A stretch of 64,000 nucleotides of DNA from IMG/VR virus record IMGVR_UViG_3300020190_000049, positions 4,680 through 68,679 of that record; one strand, 5' to 3'. The translations under genes and the position numbers were made by a program. This document shows, piece by piece, positions 62,432-64,000 of this stretch. Below the pieces are notes generated by a model. The model ran no database searches. It saw nothing but the letters and a program-made list of their open reading frames with translations, and was not told the origin of the DNA. The number at the start of each line of letters is the position of its first letter. Positions within the stretch are counted from its first letter, which is position 1. The DNA comes from a virus.

Positions 62432-63601
62432 ATGTCACAACTACTCGAGTCACGCTGGTCGGAAACCAAAGAGGCCCTGTTAGAAGGTCTACAAGGTAAC
62501 AAGCGTACAGTGATGGCAGCTACTCTAGAGAATACCCGCAAGTATCTCGCAGAAAGTGCTACCGCTGGTGCTACATCCGCTGGCAACGTTGCAACCCTAA
62601 ATCGTGTGATCCTTCCAGTGATCAGACGTGTGATGCCCACGGTCATCGCTAATGAACTAGTTGGCGTTCAGCCAATGACTGGTCCAGTTGGTCAGATCCA
62701 TACTCTACGTGTTCGCTATTCTGATACATTCAGCGGCGGTGCTGGTGGTTCTACCACGGCCGGTGAAGAAGCACTAAGCCCATTCAAGATCGCTGAGGGC
62801 TATTCCGGTGTTTCGCCTGGTAAAGCCGATGCCACAGCAGCAAAAGAAGGCGTCGCTGGTAACAGACTAAGCATCCAGATCTTGAAACAGACAGTCGAAG
62901 CCAAGACACGTAAATTGTCTGCTCGTTGGACGTTTGAAGCTGCCCAAGATGCACAAGCCCAACAAGGCATCGACATCGAAGCAGAAATTATGGCTGCTCT
63001 AGCACAAGAAATCACTGCTGAAGTTGATCAAGAAGTCCTACGCAGTTTAGCGACTCTAGCAGGATCTCAGAACCAAGTGGCTTATGACCAATTGCAAGTT
63101 TCTGGTACTGCTACATTCGTTGGTGATGAGCATGCTGCCCTTGCTGTTGCTATCAATCGTGTTAGCAACGTGATCGCTCAGCGTACACGTCGTGGTGCTG
63201 GTAACTGGGCAGTTGTTAGCCCGCTGGCATTGACAATTCTTCAATCTGCTACTACAAGCGCATTTGCTCGTACCACAGAAGGCACATTCGAAGCACCTAC
63301 AAACACCAAGTTTGTTGGTACATTGAATTCTGCTATGAAGATCTATGTTAACACATATGCAGAGAACGACACAGTTCTAGTTGGTTACAAAGGTTCTAGC
63401 GAATCTGATGCAGCAGCATTCTATTGCCCATATATTCCATTGATGAGCAGTGGTGTTGTGCTTGATCCATCAACCTTCGAACCAGTAGTTAGCTTTATGA
63501 CACGTTACGGATATGTTGAGTTAACAAACACAGCATCATCTCTAGGTAACGCTGCTGACTACCTAGGTACTGTAACTATCGCTAACAGTTCATTCACCTA
63601 A
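62432..63601 (+). CDS. gp23: major capsid protein
   Basis: LVGVQPMTGPVGQI, VEAKTRKLSARWTFEAAQD, AAFYCPYIPL, FMTRYG. Confidence 0.96.
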   Translation: MSQLLESRWSETKEALLEGLQGNKRTVMAATLENTRKYLAESATAGATSAGNVATLNRVILPVIRRVMPTVIANELVGVQPMTGPVGQIHTLRVRYSDTFSGGAGGSTTAGEEALSPFKIAEGYSGVSPGKADATAAKEGVAGNRLSIQILKQTVEAKTRKLSARWTFEAAQDAQAQQGIDIEAEIMAALAQEITAEVDQEVLRSLATLAGSQNQVAYDQLQVSGTATFVGDEHAALAVAINRVSNVIAQRTRRGAGNWAVVSPLALTILQSATTSAFARTTEGTFEAPTNTKFVGTLNSAMKIYVNTYAENDTVLVGYKGSSESDAAAFYCPYIPLMSSGVVLDPSTFEPVVSFMTRYGYVELTNTASSLGNAADYLGTVTIANSSFT

Positions 63602-63631
63602 TCAAAGGTACAAACATATTTTTTATGTTTC

Positions 63632-63655
63632 AAAAAGCCCCGCAAGGGGCTTTTT
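63632..63655 (+). terminator. rho-independent terminator (potentially bidirectional)
   Basis: AAAAAGCCCC-GCAA-GGGGCTTTTT after the capsid gene. Confidence 0.9.
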
Positions 63656-63674
63656 GTTTGATGTAAATATCAGT

Positions 63675-63944
63675 ATGGAAATCCATACTGAAAAAGATTT
63701 TACAGAACTTAGACAATATATCAACAAATTATCTAAAAGATTTCCTATGTTTCGACACGATGTGGCACAGATAGAAAAAATCACAGAAGAGCATATTAAA
63801 AATCACAGCATAGCCTTAGTATATTATAGGCAGACACGCCGTAAGATTTATCTAGAAAACGCTCAAACAGAAATAGATGGAATAAACAGAGTCTTGTCTA
63901 TAGTAGGAAAGTTGGAACTGATGGCTATGCTGAGCCAAGGATAA
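63675..63944 (+). CDS. hypothetical protein
   Basis: ATG 63675 follows a GTAAATA motif; the track start at 63654 overlaps the terminator. Confidence 0.65.
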   Translation: MEIHTEKDFTELRQYINKLSKRFPMFRHDVAQIEKITEEHIKNHSIALVYYRQTRRKIYLENAQTEIDGINRVLSIVGKLELMAMLSQG

Positions 63945-63993
63945 ATAAAGTATCTAGAATGATTTATGCGGTAACCCACCGCGTAGACCTAGA
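63941..63993 (+). promoter_or_regulatory. late promoter followed by a leader hairpin
   Basis: ATAAATA at 63941-63947; stem TATGCGGT/ACCGCGTA (63965-63985) with outer TCTAG/CTAGA. Confidence 0.5.
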
Positions 63994-64000
63994 ACGTCAA

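Noticed and set aside
2257-63244. Numerous 60-200 aa antisense ORFs inside long genes
   Set aside because: They lie fully within well-supported genes on the opposite strand and lack RBSs or motifs
1-64000. CRISPR array, tRNA genes, integrase, stop-codon recoding
   Set aside because: No repeat-spacer pattern or cloverleaf was seen, and long conserved genes are intact in the standard code with TAA, TGA and TAG all used as stops

Overview
The window is a 64 kb, gene-dense segment of a large T4-like (contractile-tail, jumbo-type) bacteriophage genome using the standard genetic code. From left to right it holds: (1) the 3' end of a T4 RNase H-like 5'-3' exonuclease and eight small unknown genes (+, 1-3381). 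(2) A ~41 kb minus-strand late block that runs in transcription order from tail-tube initiator, LysM/gp53-like, hub, gp5-like spike, gp25, gp6-like wedge and a ~4,570 aa wedge protein through four paralogous fibre genes and a polyproline-containing virion protein. It continues into a prolyl-hydroxylase-like 2OG-Fe(II) oxygenase, four DxD glycosyltransferase-like genes and a radical SAM gene. (3) A gp55-like late sigma factor, gp47/gp46, a minimal GIY-YIG nuclease and a ~360 nt highly structured non-coding region. (4) Putative internal head proteins, a gp26-like chaperone with a likely -1 frameshift, tape measure, portal, protease, scaffold and major capsid protein. The best leads are a candidate virion prolyl-hydroxylation/glycosylation system, a candidate large pseudoknotted ncRNA beside the GIY-YIG gene, and an 80-bp-repeat-flanked Ser/Gly tail on the gp6-like wedge. 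Four near-exact short tandem duplications, two of them frameshifting, may be assembly artefacts. I saw no tRNA, rRNA, CRISPR array or integrase. All family assignments come from motif recognition by eye, not from database searches.
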